Assembly: GCA_965261735.1 (NCBI GenBank)
Contig: OZ253470.1
Location: 4,192,001 to 4,256,000, forward strand
DNA length: 64,000 bases
Direction: 5' to 3'
Source of the DNA: Alphaproteobacteria bacterium
GTDB taxonomy: Bacteria; Pseudomonadota; Alphaproteobacteria; SHVV01
Within the stretch, counting starts at the first letter, position 1; each line of letters opens with the position of its first letter. The notes below the pieces were generated by a model, which saw only the letters and a list, made by a program, of their open reading frames with translations, did no database searches and was not told the origin of the DNA. Shown piece by piece: positions 62,138 to 64,000 of the stretch. The translations under genes and the position numbers were made by a program.

Positions 62138-63089
62138 TCAGCGGGATCGGCGCCTTTTAGGTTGCGCGTCGCGAGCTTCTGCGAGCACCGTACCCTCGAT
62201 GTTGGCGTCGGTCAGGTTGGCCTGGAACAAATCCGCGTCCGAGAGGTCGGCGCCGCTCAGGTTGGCGGGCCACATCTGCGCTTTCTCCTCGCCATCCGCT
62301 CCTTTGAGCTCAACGGGTCCCAAATCCGCGTGGGACAGTTTGGCGCCCCGTAGATTGGCGTTGCTCAGGTTGCATCCCCTTAGGTCGGCATATCTGAGAT
62401 CGCCACCGGTTAGGTTCGAGTCTTGAAGATTGCAAAGAACGAACTGACCCGACGAGAGGTTGGCGCCGGCCAGGCTGCAACCGCTGAGGTCGGCGCCGCT
62501 CAGGAAGACGCCGGCGAGATCGCCGCTGGAAAAGTCCTGGCCCGCCAACTCGGCGCGGCACCCTACGGTGCCCGAAGTATCCTCCCACAACGCATGATCG
62601 CGCAGCATGACCTGGATGTCGAAGGGCAGGCGGCCGGTATTGCGGCTCACTTCCGCTCCCTGCAGATCCACGCCATTGAGCTCAACCTCGGCGAGGATGG
62701 CGCCACGCAGGTTCGCGCCCTGCAAGCGCGCCTGGCTGAGTACGGCGCGGCGTAGGTTAGCGCCGGTTAAGTTGGCGTCCTTGAGGCGCGCCGACTCCAG
62801 GTTGGCGTCGGTCAGGTCGACGCCACGCATGTCGGCGCTGGCGAGCGACGCCTCTTTGAAGTTGGCCTTTATCATCGACGAATTGCGCAGATTGGCATGG
62901 TTGAGTTTGGCCTTCTCGAAGTCTGATTCGTCGAGCATGGCCTCGGAGAGGTCGGCGCCGCGCGCGACGATCTCGGCGGAAAGGAGGGCACCTGCCCGCA
63001 GGTCGGCGTCGCGCAGAATGGCTCCCTTGAGCTTGGCGCCGTGCAAGCGGATACCGCGCAAATCGGCGCGCGCGAAATTGGCTCCGCTT
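62138..63089 (-). pseudogene. Pentapeptide-repeat protein, 5' end replaced by an IS1595 fragment
   Basis: Many A(D/N)LxG repeats; the reading frame runs into IS sequence at 63090. Confidence 0.75.
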
Positions 63090-63266
63090 GTCAGTAACGA
63101 TCAGCGATCCCGGCGCGACGGTGCTCTCGACGAACCCACAGAGCGACTCGGCGCTACGGTCGAGCACGACGGCGAGCCGAACGCGTCCGGCATAGCGTCC
63201 GTCTTTCCGGTTGTCGAGCTTGGTGCCCGGCTTTCGATGACGCACCTCGATGGCACAGGAGACGGG
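63090..63266 (-). mobile_element. Internal IS1595 transposase fragment without IRs
   Basis: Matches 52130-52306 and carries the copy 1 PGS allele. Confidence 0.85.
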
Positions 63267-63413
63267 TATAGCGTCATTCGCGCAATATTTCTCCCCCCCT
63301 TCCGCTGTGCCGATGCTTCATGTCAGTCGGCGCGATACGTTGCCTCGGCGCGACACTTGCCGCGACCGCGCTCATCCTCAACAATGAGGACAACTCGATG
63401 GGCAGCGTGCGAC

Positions 63414-64000
63414 ATGGCGGCGCCGAGCGACACCAAGATTAACGTGCACACGGCTTTCGCGACGCCGGTGGCGACGGCGCAGCTGGCCGGGGCCGAGCAC
63501 CTTAACAAGCGACTGGCGCAACTGATCCGCTCGCGCACGGACAGCCACTCGAGCACCCGGCACAGCAATCTTGGCGGCTGGCAGTCGAGCTGGGACTTCC
63601 TGGACTGGGGCGGTACCGCGGGCCGCGAGCTGTTCGATCACGTGACGTCGCTCGCGGACCGTCTCACCGCCGACCGGGAGGGCCGGCCGGTCAAGGTCAA
63701 ATGGAAGATCAACGCCTGGGCCAACGTCAACGAGCTCGGCCACGGCAACGAGTTTCACACCCATCCGGGGGCCTTCTGGTCCGGCACCTACTACGTCGAC
63801 GATGGCGGAATCGTCGCCGACCCCTCGCTCGGCGGCGAATTCGAGTTCCAGGATCCGCGCGGCGTGCTGCCGGCGATGTATGCCCCACTACTGTGCATCG
63901 CCATGCCGGGCGGCGCGTCAATGGGGGCCAGCGAGACGCTGCACCCGCGCGCCGGCATGATGGTCCTGTTCCCGGCCTGGCTGTCGCACGGGGTGCGCCC
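63414..64000 (+). CDS. TIGR02466-like putative 2OG-Fe(II) oxygenase (runs off the window; absent from the ORF track)
   Basis: FATPV, SNLGGWQS, AWANVN...HTHP..FWSGTYYV, DPRG, FPAWL.H.V. Confidence 0.8.
   Translation, partial: MAAPSDTKINVHTAFATPVATAQLAGAEHLNKRLAQLIRSRTDSHSSTRHSNLGGWQSSWDFLDWGGTAGRELFDHVTSLADRLTADREGRPVKVKWKINAWANVNELGHGNEFHTHPGAFWSGTYYVDDGGIVADPSLGGEFEFQDPRGVLPAMYAPLLCIAMPGGASMGASETLHPRAGMMVLFPAWLSHGVR

Noticed and set aside
51138-64000. Genomic island integrated at tRNA-Arg
   Set aside because: Downstream content looks accessory, but I saw no integrase and no duplicated tRNA 3' end in the window

Overview
High-GC chromosomal window whose gene content points to an alphaproteobacterium, probably Rhodospirillales-like (Caulobacter-type flagellin promoter, NDUFS4-like gene, DUF192). 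The most striking locus is a ~13 kb, 14-gene minus-strand operon (8783-21885). It has FIVE paralogous heme-oxygenase-like diiron (PqqC/CADD/TenA-fold) proteins interleaved with an extradiol-dioxygenase-like VOC protein, two BphD/MhpC-like hydrolases, a TcuA-like flavoprotein and a NitT/TauT ABC importer with two binding proteins. I cannot match it to a characterised pathway. Other highlights: an AhpD-related selenoprotein hidden by an in-frame UGA (CFYUT motif), tandem aprB-aprA-aprA' with a divergent second alpha subunit, and a coxG-L-S-M-D-E/xdhC/mocA/sufSU molybdenum-hydroxylase cluster with a non-canonical LLRGAGR active-site loop. The window also holds an Mrp antiporter operon, a TPP riboswitch-thiZXY unit, two tRNAs and a sigma54-driven PEP-CTERM gene. 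IS activity is heavy: IS1182, two complete and two partial IS1595 copies, and IS256. IS1182 and IS1595 sequences split or truncate five genes, and the flagellin is also truncated. All calls come from motif recognition and manual reading; no searches were run.
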